Source: Bacilli bacterium (GTDB lineage: Bacteria > Bacillota_I > Bacilli_A > RFN20 > CAG-826). Taken from it: a stretch of 64,000 nt of DNA. The notes beneath the pieces are model-generated. The model saw nothing but the letters and a program-made list of their open reading frames with translations, did not search any database and was not told the DNA's origin. Shown piece after piece: positions 1 through 9,005 of this stretch; position 1 is the stretch's first letter, and every line of letters begins with the position of its first letter. The stretch lies in contig JAZLFJ010000053.1 in NCBI GenBank assembly GCA_045615665.1, positions 89,531-153,530 of the forward strand. Direction: 5' to 3'. The translations under genes were made by a program, and so were the position numbers.

Positions 1-46
1 TAAATTCGTATTAGCAAATTTATAAAATTTGAAAGGGGGATTATCT

Positions 47-373
47 ATGGCAGATTACGTCCAAATAAATCCAAATTCCAAAAATGGTAGTCTCATGATT
101 TCAAGAGCTGTTTTTGAATCAATCGCTAGTGACGCTACTAATAGAGTTAGTGGTGCTAGCGTCGCTAAAAAGAACTTCAAATTATCGAAACCAGTTCAAG
201 CTACATTCCAAAGGAATGGAAGAGTTAAAATTACCATCTCAATCAACCTTAAAAAAGGAGTGAAAGCTCAAGAAATTTGCTCGAAGATCGAAGAAAGTGT
301 CGCCAATTCCTTAATGACCTACACTGAATCGGTTCCTTTCGATGTCAATGTTAATATTGTGGAGATTAATTAG
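47..373 (+). CDS. Asp23/Gls24-family (YqhY-like) stress protein
   Basis: ORF 29..373. ATG at 47 follows an AAGGGGGA RBS. Sits upstream of nusB like yqhY in Bacillus. Size and composition are Asp23-like. Confidence 0.7.
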   Translation: MADYVQINPNSKNGSLMISRAVFESIASDATNRVSGASVAKKNFKLSKPVQATFQRNGRVKITISINLKKGVKAQEICSKIEESVANSLMTYTESVPFDVNVNIVEIN

Positions 374-376
374 TCG

Positions 377-778
377 ATGATTTCACGTAACCAAGAACAT
401 GAACTTATTATGATTAGCATCTATGATGCTCTCATCTATAGCGAAATGGACGAGGTCTTTTCACTTGAAGATATAATGGAAGGAGTGTTCATGCTTGAAT
501 ATGACGATATTCCATTATTTTCCAAAGAAATTGTGATTAAATCGCTAACTAATATCAATGATATTAAGCAGGTCTACCAAGCCAACATGCCTAAATGGAA
601 CTTCGACCGACTCAACGCGGTGGAAAGAGCTATCCTTCTAATGAGTTATACTCATAGAAAAGTTATTAATGACTCCCAAAAGAAAGTCATAATCGATGTG
701 GCGGTTAGACTCGCTAAAAAATATTTAGATAAAGACGATTACAAATTCGTCAATGCTATTTTAGATCGAACTCTATGA
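377..778 (+). CDS. nusB: Transcription antitermination factor NusB
   Basis: 133 aa with the C-terminal FVNAILDR motif. ATGA stop/start overlap with xseA. Confidence 0.85.
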   Translation: MISRNQEHELIMISIYDALIYSEMDEVFSLEDIMEGVFMLEYDDIPLFSKEIVIKSLTNINDIKQVYQANMPKWNFDRLNAVERAILLMSYTHRKVINDSQKKVIIDVAVRLAKKYLDKDDYKFVNAILDRTL

Positions 779-1986
779 ACGAAACGATTTTCTCTGTCTC
801 GGCCCTAAATAGACATATCAAACAAATGTTTGATAATGATTTTATTTTACGCGGTTTAAGACTCAAAGGAGAAATATCGAACTTCAAACGTTATCCAAGC
901 GGACATATCTACTTCACCCTTAAGGACGAAGAAAGTTCAATTAAAGCGGTGATGTATGTCTCATACACCAAATTTATGCCTGAAGGCATCAAAGATGGCG
1001 ATGAAATAGTCGCTAGCGGATACGTCTCAGTTTATCCTCAAAGAGGAGAATATCAATTCTACGCTCAAGCAATTGATCTATTTGGTAAAGGTAATCAACT
1101 CTTAGAGTTGGAACTACTAAAAAAGAAGCTCGCAAGCGAAGGTTTATTCGATGCATCACGTAAAAGAAAGATTAAACCGTTTCCAAAATCAGTAGGTGTA
1201 ATCAGCGCTCCTAATAGCGCAGCCTTAAGCGATATTAAAACAAACCTTCTTAGAAGAAACCCCCTTATTGAGCTCAAAATATTCCCGTCCCTTGTCCAAG
1301 GTAGCGATGCTCCAAAAGCGCTCTTAAAAGCCCTAAATGAGGCCAAAATGAGCAATATTGATACCTTGATCATCGGTCGTGGTGGCGGTGCTAGCGAAGA
1401 TTTATCAGCATTTAATGATGAAACTTTAGTTAGAGAAGCCGCCAAATTTCCAGTGCCGATTATATCGGCAGTTGGACACGAAATCGATTTCACTCTCATC
1501 GATTATATCGCAGATGCGCGTGCCTCTACTCCAACAGGTGCAGCAGAGCTTGCAACCATCGATAAAAGAGAAATATATGATTCTTTAGCGAATTATGAAA
1601 CAAGAATGGAGGATGTATTAATCATTAAGATTAATAATCTCAAGCAAAAAATCGATAGCATCAAATCTAGACCATTCTTCATTAATCCCAACGCGATGTA
1701 CGCTGATGCGTTAAAAGATGTCGCCATGCTAAAAGAAAGAATAGATTTAGCAATATCTCATCTTATAAAGATGAAAAAGGAGAAACTTACTTCTTATATC
1801 CCAAGATTAAATTCTCTTAGCGTAGATGCAACCCTCAATAGAGGCTTCGCGATCATGATGGATGAGAATAATAGAATCGTTAAAGATATAGATGATGTAG
1901 AACTTAACACTAGTGTTAAAACAAAAGTTAGTGGTGGCATAATAACTTCAACAATCACCAAAAAGGAGAAAACAAATGGCAAATGA
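775..1986 (+). CDS. xseA: Exodeoxyribonuclease VII large subunit
   Basis: 403 aa with an OB-fold N-terminus and the IIGRGGGASEDL motif. Followed by xseB. Confidence 0.9.
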   Translation: MNETIFSVSALNRHIKQMFDNDFILRGLRLKGEISNFKRYPSGHIYFTLKDEESSIKAVMYVSYTKFMPEGIKDGDEIVASGYVSVYPQRGEYQFYAQAIDLFGKGNQLLELELLKKKLASEGLFDASRKRKIKPFPKSVGVISAPNSAALSDIKTNLLRRNPLIELKIFPSLVQGSDAPKALLKALNEAKMSNIDTLIIGRGGGASEDLSAFNDETLVREAAKFPVPIISAVGHEIDFTLIDYIADARASTPTGAAELATIDKREIYDSLANYETRMEDVLIIKINNLKQKIDSIKSRPFFINPNAMYADALKDVAMLKERIDLAISHLIKMKKEKLTSYIPRLNSLSVDATLNRGFAIMMDENNRIVKDIDDVELNTSVKTKVSGGIITSTITKKEKTNGK

Positions 1987-2164
1987 AAAGATTGATTTTG
2001 AAAAATCACTCTCTGAATTAGAGAAGATTGTTTCTAAAATTGAAAACGAAACTCTTCCTTTGGAAGAATCCTTAAAACTCTATGAAGAAGGGAAGAAACT
2101 AATTTCCACTTTAGAGAAAACTTTAAAAGAAGCCGAAAAGAAAATTGAGGAACTACAAAAATAA
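1976..2164 (+). CDS. xseB: Exodeoxyribonuclease VII small subunit
   Basis: 62-aa helical protein (FEKSLSELEKIV..LEESL) overlapping the xseA 3-prime end. Confidence 0.85.
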   Translation: MANEKIDFEKSLSELEKIVSKIENETLPLEESLKLYEEGKKLISTLEKTLKEAEKKIEELQK

Positions 2165-2188
2165 CTATTTATAGTTAATAAAATAATA

Positions 2189-2208
2189 TTAGTATTTATT
2201 TAGTAGTT
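2189..2208 (+). repeat. TTAGTA-N5-TTAGTAGTT dyad, copy A
   Basis: ttagtatttatttagtagtt, 25 nt after the xseB stop and 10 nt before the dxs ATG. Confidence 0.6.
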
Positions 2209-2218
2209 TTATAGTTAA

Positions 2219-4081
2219 ATGAGTAAATCCAAAGTTAAACATATTGAACTAAGCAGAATTGAAAATCCGCTATTTTTAAAAGATCTTTCGTACAAGGAAC
2301 TCGACGTACTTGCGAGTGATATACGCGGTGAGATTTTAAGAGTGACTTCAACTTATGGTGGACATCTTTCCAGCAATCTTGGAGCAGTGGAGCTCACCAT
2401 CGCTTTGAATCGTTCCTTTGATTTTTCAAAGGACAAACTAATTTTTGATGTTGGTCACCAATGTTATACTCATAAAATTCTTACAGGTAGAAGCCTTGAA
2501 CATCTAAGAACTAAAGATGGACCTTCTGGCTTCCAAAAGAGAAATGAATCCATCTACGATTGCTACGAAGCTGGTCACTCTTCAACATCAATTTCCGCCG
2601 CTAATGGCCTTGCCATCGCTCGTGATTTAAATCATAAAAATTACAATATTGTTGCTTTTATTGGTGATGCCTCAATCGTCAGCGGCTTAGCTTTTGAAGG
2701 AATGAATAACCTTGCTCATTCAAATCACAAAGTGATTATTGTTTTAAATGATAACGGAATGTCGATCTCTAAACCAGTCGGTGCTTTGGCATCTAGTTTT
2801 GCTAAAATCTCAACTAGCGCTGGTTATAACCGCTTCAAGTCTTCTATGAAGAAAACTCTTCAGAAGGGCAAAGTAAGAAATGCTATATACAATTTCTTTG
2901 TCGGAATCAAAAATTGGTTTAAGCGTCATTTAATCGAACCAACTATTTTCACCGATTTAGGCTTTGCCTATATTGGCCCAATCGATGGTCATAATATCAA
3001 AGCAATCGAAAAAGCTATAAGACGCGCTAAGAATACGAACAAATCCGTCGTTATACATGCTTGTACCTTAAAAGGTAAAGGTTATAAATATGCTGAAAAT
3101 GATGAAACAGGTTATTGGCATGGTGTCTCAGCTTTTGATTTAGAAAGCGGTGCGCCTAAAAATAAACATGAAGGCGAAGTTTCCTGGTCTCACTTATATA
3201 GTGATATCTGCGAAGAAGAGTTAAGAAATCATGAGAAAGCTATTTTAATTTCTCCTGCGACAATTAAAGGAGCGGGATTAGATTCTCTTTCTGATGATTT
3301 AAAAGAACGAATTATCGATGTCGGCATAGCCGAAGAACATGCTGCAACCCTTGCTAGCGCTTTATCTTTAAGTGGCTATCATCCAATTATTTCAATTTAT
3401 TCCACCTTCCTTCAAAGAGCGTATGACGAGGTCTCACACGATTTAGCGCGTATGAATTGCAATGCAACTTTCCTTGTTGATCGTTCAGGTTTGGTGGGGG
3501 CGGATGGAGAAACTCACCAAGGCATCTATGATGAAGCTTATTTATCAAGTATTCCTAATGTCACAATTACGATTGCATCTAACGCGGATGAAGCAAAAGC
3601 TTTATTCGATGAATCGTTCAATAACCATGGTCCATTCTTTATTCGTTTACCGCGTACTTTATTAAAGAAGCCTGAAGCAATTAACAAAGTTAATATTCCA
3701 TATGGAACCTGGTTAAAACTAAGCGAAGATTCCTCTAAACAATTAGCGATCATCTCCTGTGGCCCAAGTGTTAGAGAACTACTTTCTTTACTAAAAGAAA
3801 ATGATTTAGATGCAACTTTAATTAATGCTCTATATCTTAATCCAATCGATGAAAAGATGCTTAGCGAGCTCCTTCAATATTCCAAAATTGTCATTTATGA
3901 CCCTTATAGCACCCGCGGAAGCCTCATAAATCTTACCTCAGCATATTTACTCGAAAATGGATTTAAGGGCGCTTTAAAGGCTTATTTCATCCCAAATGAA
4001 TTCGTTAAACAAGCATCCATAAATGAACAATTAGAAAAATATCATCTTTTGCCAAAGCAGATTATCGAAGATTTGAAATAA
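2219..4081 (+). CDS. dxs: 1-deoxy-D-xylulose-5-phosphate synthase
   Basis: 620 aa with the TPP motif GDASIVSGLAFEGMNNL..LNDNGMSI and transketolase-like domains. No Shine-Dalgarno upstream. Confidence 0.95.
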   Translation: MSKSKVKHIELSRIENPLFLKDLSYKELDVLASDIRGEILRVTSTYGGHLSSNLGAVELTIALNRSFDFSKDKLIFDVGHQCYTHKILTGRSLEHLRTKDGPSGFQKRNESIYDCYEAGHSSTSISAANGLAIARDLNHKNYNIVAFIGDASIVSGLAFEGMNNLAHSNHKVIIVLNDNGMSISKPVGALASSFAKISTSAGYNRFKSSMKKTLQKGKVRNAIYNFFVGIKNWFKRHLIEPTIFTDLGFAYIGPIDGHNIKAIEKAIRRAKNTNKSVVIHACTLKGKGYKYAENDETGYWHGVSAFDLESGAPKNKHEGEVSWSHLYSDICEEELRNHEKAILISPATIKGAGLDSLSDDLKERIIDVGIAEEHAATLASALSLSGYHPIISIYSTFLQRAYDEVSHDLARMNCNATFLVDRSGLVGADGETHQGIYDEAYLSSIPNVTITIASNADEAKALFDESFNNHGPFFIRLPRTLLKKPEAINKVNIPYGTWLKLSEDSSKQLAIISCGPSVRELLSLLKENDLDATLINALYLNPIDEKMLSELLQYSKIVIYDPYSTRGSLINLTSAYLLENGFKGALKAYFIPNEFVKQASINEQLEKYHLLPKQIIEDLK

Positions 4082-4099
4082 AGTTTGGTTAACATAATA

Positions 4100-4128
4100 T
4101 TGATTACAAATCAAGCGTTCTATAAAAT
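4100..4128 (+). promoter_or_regulatory. dinB-xerD promoter positioned for a leaderless mRNA
   Basis: TTGATT (4100-4105), 17-nt spacer, TAAAAT (4123-4128), then 6 nt to ATG 4135. No SD. Confidence 0.6.
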
Positions 4129-4134
4129 AGAATT

Positions 4135-5334
4135 ATGGTAAAAGTAATTCTTCATATCGATTTGAACGCTTTTTTTGTTCGTTGTGAAGAACTTGAAGAT
4201 CCTTCTTTGATTGGTAAACCTGTCATCATCGGTCATAGTGGTCGTGGTGGAGTTGTCTCGACTTGTTCATATAAGGCTCGTGAATTTGGTGTGCGTTCCG
4301 GTATGCCCACTTTTCAGGCTTTGAAACTTTGTCCAAACGCGATTATTATTCCTGGTCACTATAGCTTGTATTCTAAAAAGTCTCACGAATTCATTAACTT
4401 TGTTAAAAAACATTCTACGCTCATCGAGCAAGCTTCAATTGATGAATGCTATGTCGATATGACTAAGACTCTTTCTAATATCAAAAATCCGTTGGAATAC
4501 ATTAAGAATATGCAGGACACTCTTTTTAAAGAGACTGGTCTAATGTGTTCCATTGGAGTGGCACCCACTAAGTTTTTAGCGAAGATGGGTAGCGACTATA
4601 AAAAGCCGATGGGAATAACTATCATTCATCGTAAGGATATCGCAAGGATATTATATCCTTTACCTATAGAATCCTTCTTCGGAATCGGTAAGAAGACCGC
4701 TCCAAAATTACGCAAGATGGGAATAAATACCATCGGAGATTTAGCAAAGCTAATTAATGAAGATGATCCTGAAATCAAAAAGGAATTTGGTCGATTCTAT
4801 TATGGAATCAAAGATTGGATTAATGGTTATGGTAGCAATGAAGTTGAAACCGAACCATGGGATCCTAAATCGATTGGTAATTCCACAACCTTTAAATACG
4901 ATACGAATAATTTTGAAGAAATTAAAGAATATGTTTGTGAACTGTCTAAAAAAGTTTCAGAACGCGCTAAAGAGGCAAACAAAGTTGGTTACAGCGTTCA
5001 ACTCGTTTTAAAGGACGATGATTTCAAAGTCATCAACCGCTCTAAGAAATTGAGCAAACCAACAAATGATTTCATAGAAATCTTCGATATAGCCACTCAA
5101 CTTTTAGAAACAAATTTAGGCGATAAAATGATTCGCCTCGCAGGAGTGACTCTTCAAAATTTAATTGATCCTTCTGAAGTGGTTATTCAAATGTCTATCT
5201 TTGATAACTATGATGAAATCAAGGAAGAATGCGCCACTAAACTTCTCATTGCCGAATTAAACCGCAAAATGAAGAAACCGGTTTTTAAAACTGCAGCCGA
5301 AACGCTTAGGGATAAGAAATATGAAACTAGATGA
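4135..5334 (+). CDS. dinB: DNA polymerase IV (Y-family)
   Basis: N-terminal ILHIDLNAFF and SIDECYVD motifs. 399 aa. Confidence 0.9.
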   Translation: MVKVILHIDLNAFFVRCEELEDPSLIGKPVIIGHSGRGGVVSTCSYKAREFGVRSGMPTFQALKLCPNAIIIPGHYSLYSKKSHEFINFVKKHSTLIEQASIDECYVDMTKTLSNIKNPLEYIKNMQDTLFKETGLMCSIGVAPTKFLAKMGSDYKKPMGITIIHRKDIARILYPLPIESFFGIGKKTAPKLRKMGINTIGDLAKLINEDDPEIKKEFGRFYYGIKDWINGYGSNEVETEPWDPKSIGNSTTFKYDTNNFEEIKEYVCELSKKVSERAKEANKVGYSVQLVLKDDDFKVINRSKKLSKPTNDFIEIFDIATQLLETNLGDKMIRLAGVTLQNLIDPSEVVIQMSIFDNYDEIKEECATKLLIAELNRKMKKPVFKTAAETLRDKKYETR

Positions 5335-6199
5335 TGCTTGTGATTTATATTTTCAATATCTGAGAGTAGAAAAAGGCGTTTCGAATGAAACGATTCGTAA
5401 TTACGCTTATGATTTAAAGCAATTTTTTATCGCACTTCCTAAACAATCAACCGATGATATGCTTTCAACAGACATTACCGATTTTGTAACGATACAAATG
5501 AAAAATCAGTTATCGGTTCCGACTATTTTAAGAAGAATTTCTTCGACAATGAACTTTTATCTCTTTCTAGAAAGAGAACATATTATTGATTTCGTAGTTA
5601 AAGATTTTGATCGCCCCCGAAAGATGAAGAATCTTCCTAAAATCATCTCCGTGGAGCAAGTCGAAGATTTGCTAAATGCTCCCGATTTATCTAAAGATGA
5701 AGGTTTTAGAGATCGAACGATGTTAGAGCTAATGTATTGTAGTGGCCTGCGTGTCTCTGAATTACTTTCTCTGAAAGTTAAGCAAATCAATTTAGAAAAA
5801 CAAACTATTGATGTTATCGGTAAAGGTAGTAAGCAACGAAAAGTACCTGTCGGAGAATACGCCTTAGATTTCGTTAAACAATATATTGAAGAGCACCGAA
5901 TTCATAATCCAGGTAAAAAATCAAATTATCTATTTTTAAATAGATATGGAGAACCATTATCTAGACAATATTTCTTCCTTCAAATTAAAAAATACGCTAA
6001 AGAGGCTGGTATTGAAGAAGACATCTCGCCTCATACTTTAAGGCATTGCTTTGCCACCCACATGCTAGAAAATGGTGCGGAGCTACGAGCTTTACAAGAA
6101 ATGCTCGGTCACACCAACCTATCCACAACCCAAATTTACACCAACATTTCTACGAAAAGAATTTTAGATGCATATGATTTGTTTACAAAACGCAAATAA
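5321..6199 (+). CDS. xerD: Tyrosine recombinase XerD (XerC/D family)
   Basis: HTLRHCFATHMLENGAELRALQEMLGH..TQIYT catalytic region. Followed by deoB, as ripX-drm is in B. subtilis. XerC versus XerD is decided by synteny only. Confidence 0.7.
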   Translation: MKLDDACDLYFQYLRVEKGVSNETIRNYAYDLKQFFIALPKQSTDDMLSTDITDFVTIQMKNQLSVPTILRRISSTMNFYLFLEREHIIDFVVKDFDRPRKMKNLPKIISVEQVEDLLNAPDLSKDEGFRDRTMLELMYCSGLRVSELLSLKVKQINLEKQTIDVIGKGSKQRKVPVGEYALDFVKQYIEEHRIHNPGKKSNYLFLNRYGEPLSRQYFFLQIKKYAKEAGIEEDISPHTLRHCFATHMLENGAELRALQEMLGHTNLSTTQIYTNISTKRILDAYDLFTKRK

Positions 6200-6231
6200 G
6201 ATACAATTTAGATGTTCAAGGAGATTGTTAA

Positions 6232-7428
6232 ATGAAAAAATTCAAAAGAATATTCGTAATCGTCACTGACTCAGTCGGCATCGGTGAAATGCCAGATGCA
6301 GAGAAGTTTGGTGATAAAGGAACAAATACGTTTGTTCATACCGCAGAAAGATGTGGTGGACTCAATGTTCCAAATATGAATTCTTTAGGTCTTGGTGACC
6401 TCGCCCCAATACTTGGTACGAGCAAAGTCAAACATCCTCAATCCTATTGCATGAGACTTCGCGAAGCGAGCAATGGAAAAGATACGATGACTGGTCACTG
6501 GGAAATGATGGGGATATATACCACAAAACCATTTATTACTTTTACCGATACAGGCTTCCCACAAGCCCTCATCGATGAGCTCGAAGAAAAGACTGGTCAC
6601 AAAGTGATCGGTAACAAAGCTGCTTCTGGAACCGAGATTCTTGTTGAATTAGGCGAAGAGCAAAAACGTGATAATTCACTCATCGTTTATACCTCCGCCG
6701 ATAGCGTACTTCAGATTGCAGCCCACGAAGAAACAACTGGGGTTCAAGAACTCTATAGATGCTGCGAAATCGCTCGTGAAATTTGCTTACGTCCTGAATA
6801 TTATGTTGGTAGAGTTATTGCCCGTCCATTTATCGGTGACGATAAAACTAACTTCAAACGTACTCCAAATCGTCACGATTTAGCCGTTTCTCCAAGTGGC
6901 ATCACAACCATGGATGTTCTTAAAGAAAATGGTTATATGACTAGCTGCATTGGCAAAATTGGTGATATCTTCAACCAAGTTGGTATTACCAAAACCCAAA
7001 AAACTGTTTCAAATATCGACGGAATGAATAAAACTATCGAAGAATGCAAAAATCATGACTTTGAAGGTTTATGTTATATCAACTTAGTTGAATTCGATTC
7101 TGAATACGGTCATAGAAGAAATCCGCTAGGATATGGTAAATGCCTTGAAGAATTCGATGTTAAATTAGGCGAACTCATCAAAGTTTGTAAAGATGATGAC
7201 TTAATTATGGTAACCGCCGATCACGGTAATGATCCAACTCATACCGGAACCGATCATACCAGAGAAAAAGTCCCTCTACTTTGCTTTAGCAAATCATTTA
7301 AGAATGGCCACTATTTAGAAGAGAGAGATACTTTTGCTGATATCGGTGCAACCATCTTAGAAAACTTCGGTTTAAAGAAAGCTCCAAATCAAATTGGTAA
7401 GCCAATCGAAGAATTATTAAAAGACTAA
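6232..7428 (+). CDS. deoB: Phosphopentomutase
   Basis: 398 aa with VTADHGNDP and EFDSEYGHRR motifs. AAGGAG RBS. Confidence 0.95.
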   Translation: MKKFKRIFVIVTDSVGIGEMPDAEKFGDKGTNTFVHTAERCGGLNVPNMNSLGLGDLAPILGTSKVKHPQSYCMRLREASNGKDTMTGHWEMMGIYTTKPFITFTDTGFPQALIDELEEKTGHKVIGNKAASGTEILVELGEEQKRDNSLIVYTSADSVLQIAAHEETTGVQELYRCCEIAREICLRPEYYVGRVIARPFIGDDKTNFKRTPNRHDLAVSPSGITTMDVLKENGYMTSCIGKIGDIFNQVGITKTQKTVSNIDGMNKTIEECKNHDFEGLCYINLVEFDSEYGHRRNPLGYGKCLEEFDVKLGELIKVCKDDDLIMVTADHGNDPTHTGTDHTREKVPLLCFSKSFKNGHYLEERDTFADIGATILENFGLKKAPNQIGKPIEELLKD

Positions 7429-8015
7429 CTAATCTTAGAAATATGATGAAGGGAACGTTTAATTACGTTCTCTTTTTCTAATTTTGAAATTAGTCTAGAT
7501 AAAGTTTCTCTTTTTAAACCTAATTCGCTTGCTAAAGTAGTGACACTTTTAAAGTCAACTTCGCCTTTATTTATAAATAAATAATATTCAAATCTTTCCA
7601 AAGCCGAATCGATAGAAAGAAGTTTAATTCTGCTATTGAGAGATTTGCCGAAATCAGATTGAATCTTTAAATATTCTTTTAGGAATTCTTTATTTGATGA
7701 TAGCAACGTTATCAAATCATCTTTTTTAATCGTCACCACGATTGATTTATCCACTGAAACAACATCACCTTTATAGTTAGGTTCACTAGAGAAAAGAAGA
7801 TTGTTACCAAATATTTGATTCTTGCCTAATTCGTTAAAGACAATTTCTTTGCCTGAGAACGAATAAGAAACGATTTTGATTTTTCCTTCACTTACAATGG
7901 TGATTTCTTCACATGTTTCACCTTCACGATGTAAAACATCGTTTTTATTGTACGAGCGGACACTCAAGAGTTTTCTTTCCTCTTTTTCTAATAATGATAA
8001 AATGTTCTTTTCCAT
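7425..8015 (-). CDS. Crp/Fnr-family transcriptional regulator
   Basis: cNMP-binding beta-roll plus C-terminal HTH (TLASELGLKRETLSRLISKL). ATG at 8015 is preferred over the track's TTG at 8033. Confidence 0.8.
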   Translation of the reverse strand: MEKNILSLLEKEERKLLSVRSYNKNDVLHREGETCEEITIVSEGKIKIVSYSFSGKEIVFNELGKNQIFGNNLLFSSEPNYKGDVVSVDKSIVVTIKKDDLITLLSSNKEFLKEYLKIQSDFGKSLNSRIKLLSIDSALERFEYYLFINKGEVDFKSVTTLASELGLKRETLSRLISKLEKENVIKRSLHHISKIS

Positions 8016-8022
8016 ATAATTC

Positions 8023-8038
8023 CGTGATTTCAATCACA
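8023..8038. promoter_or_regulatory. CRP/FNR-type palindrome
   Basis: cGTGATTTCAATCACA, with perfect 6-bp arms GTGATT/AATCAC, fits TGTGA-N6-TCACA. Sits in the divergent region between the Crp/Fnr gene and the ABC operon. Confidence 0.5.
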
Positions 8039-8084
8039 TTAATATTATTGATTATTTTGTAAAATAACTCCAGAGGTATTTACT

Positions 8085-9005
8085 ATAAAAAACAAATTAA
8101 TCTTATTATCGATGACCGCTTTACTTTCTGGATGTTCTATGAATTACGAGCACAATCTATCTATAATCGCTCCAACAGGAGCTACATCTTTAGCGTTTTA
8201 TAATTTTGCAAATGATAATAACTTTGCGACAACAAACGCTCCAGCAACTCTAGTTGCAGATTATATGGCACCAGCTAATAAAGATGTGGTGGTCGCTCCA
8301 ACTAATGTCGGTGTCCAAGCGATCGTTAAACAAAACGTGCAATATAAAATCGCTGCAACACTTACCTCTGGTAACTTATTTGTCGCATCGACTGGAAACG
8401 ATGACGATGGAGTCATGGATAAAGATGATTATATTGTTGTTTTCCAAAAGAAAGCTGTCCCAGGACTTATTTTCAAAAGCGTCTATGGAGAAGAATTTAC
8501 AAACGCTGCTCATGATGTCGGAGACGTTTCTTTTGCTGCTCAATGTTTAGCGAGCGGTAAAGACGTGACTACAGAAACCAAAGACAGCGTCGATTATGTC
8601 TTAATTGCCGAACCAGTTTTTACAAATGTTCTTTCAAAGAAAGAAACTGTTCAAGAATACGCGAATTTGCAAACCGAATATAAAAATAAGTTTGGAGTGG
8701 AAATATTCCAAGCCTCTTTATTTGTTAAAAACGGTGCAAATGCTGATTCTTTGTTAAGCACTCTTCAAAAAGATACCGATGAAGTAATTAAAAACGGCGA
8801 TTTATTCACCGAAAAATTAAATGGAATGTCTGATGAGCAGGCTCAATCTTTATTTGGAGTTGCTCCTAAGATGGCCGCTAAGGTTACAAAAAATGGCAAC
8901 CGTATGGGCTTAGGCTTTAAAAAAGCAAAAGAAAACAAAGAAGGGATCGATAAATTCTTATCGTTATTTGGAATAAATGCAACAAGCGAAGAAATTTATT
9001 ACTAA
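8085..9005 (+). CDS. ABC-importer substrate-binding lipoprotein (substrate unknown)
   Basis: Lipobox LLSGC. Extending the ORF in frame to ATA 8085 gives a complete signal peptide (M)KNKLILLSMTALLSGC with a GAGGT RBS 7 nt upstream. The first ATG is at 8112. Confidence 0.6.
   Translation: MKNKLILLSMTALLSGCSMNYEHNLSIIAPTGATSLAFYNFANDNNFATTNAPATLVADYMAPANKDVVVAPTNVGVQAIVKQNVQYKIAATLTSGNLFVASTGNDDDGVMDKDDYIVVFQKKAVPGLIFKSVYGEEFTNAAHDVGDVSFAAQCLASGKDVTTETKDSVDYVLIAEPVFTNVLSKKETVQEYANLQTEYKNKFGVEIFQASLFVKNGANADSLLSTLQKDTDEVIKNGDLFTEKLNGMSDEQAQSLFGVAPKMAAKVTKNGNRMGLGFKKAKENKEGIDKFLSLFGINATSEEIYY

Noticed and set aside
5321-6199. Tyrosine recombinase as a marker of a prophage or integrative element.
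   Set aside because: The protein is XerC/D-like in length and motifs. It overlaps dinB and is followed by deoB, as ripX-drm is in Bacillus. No att-like repeats, tRNA target or phage genes flank it.
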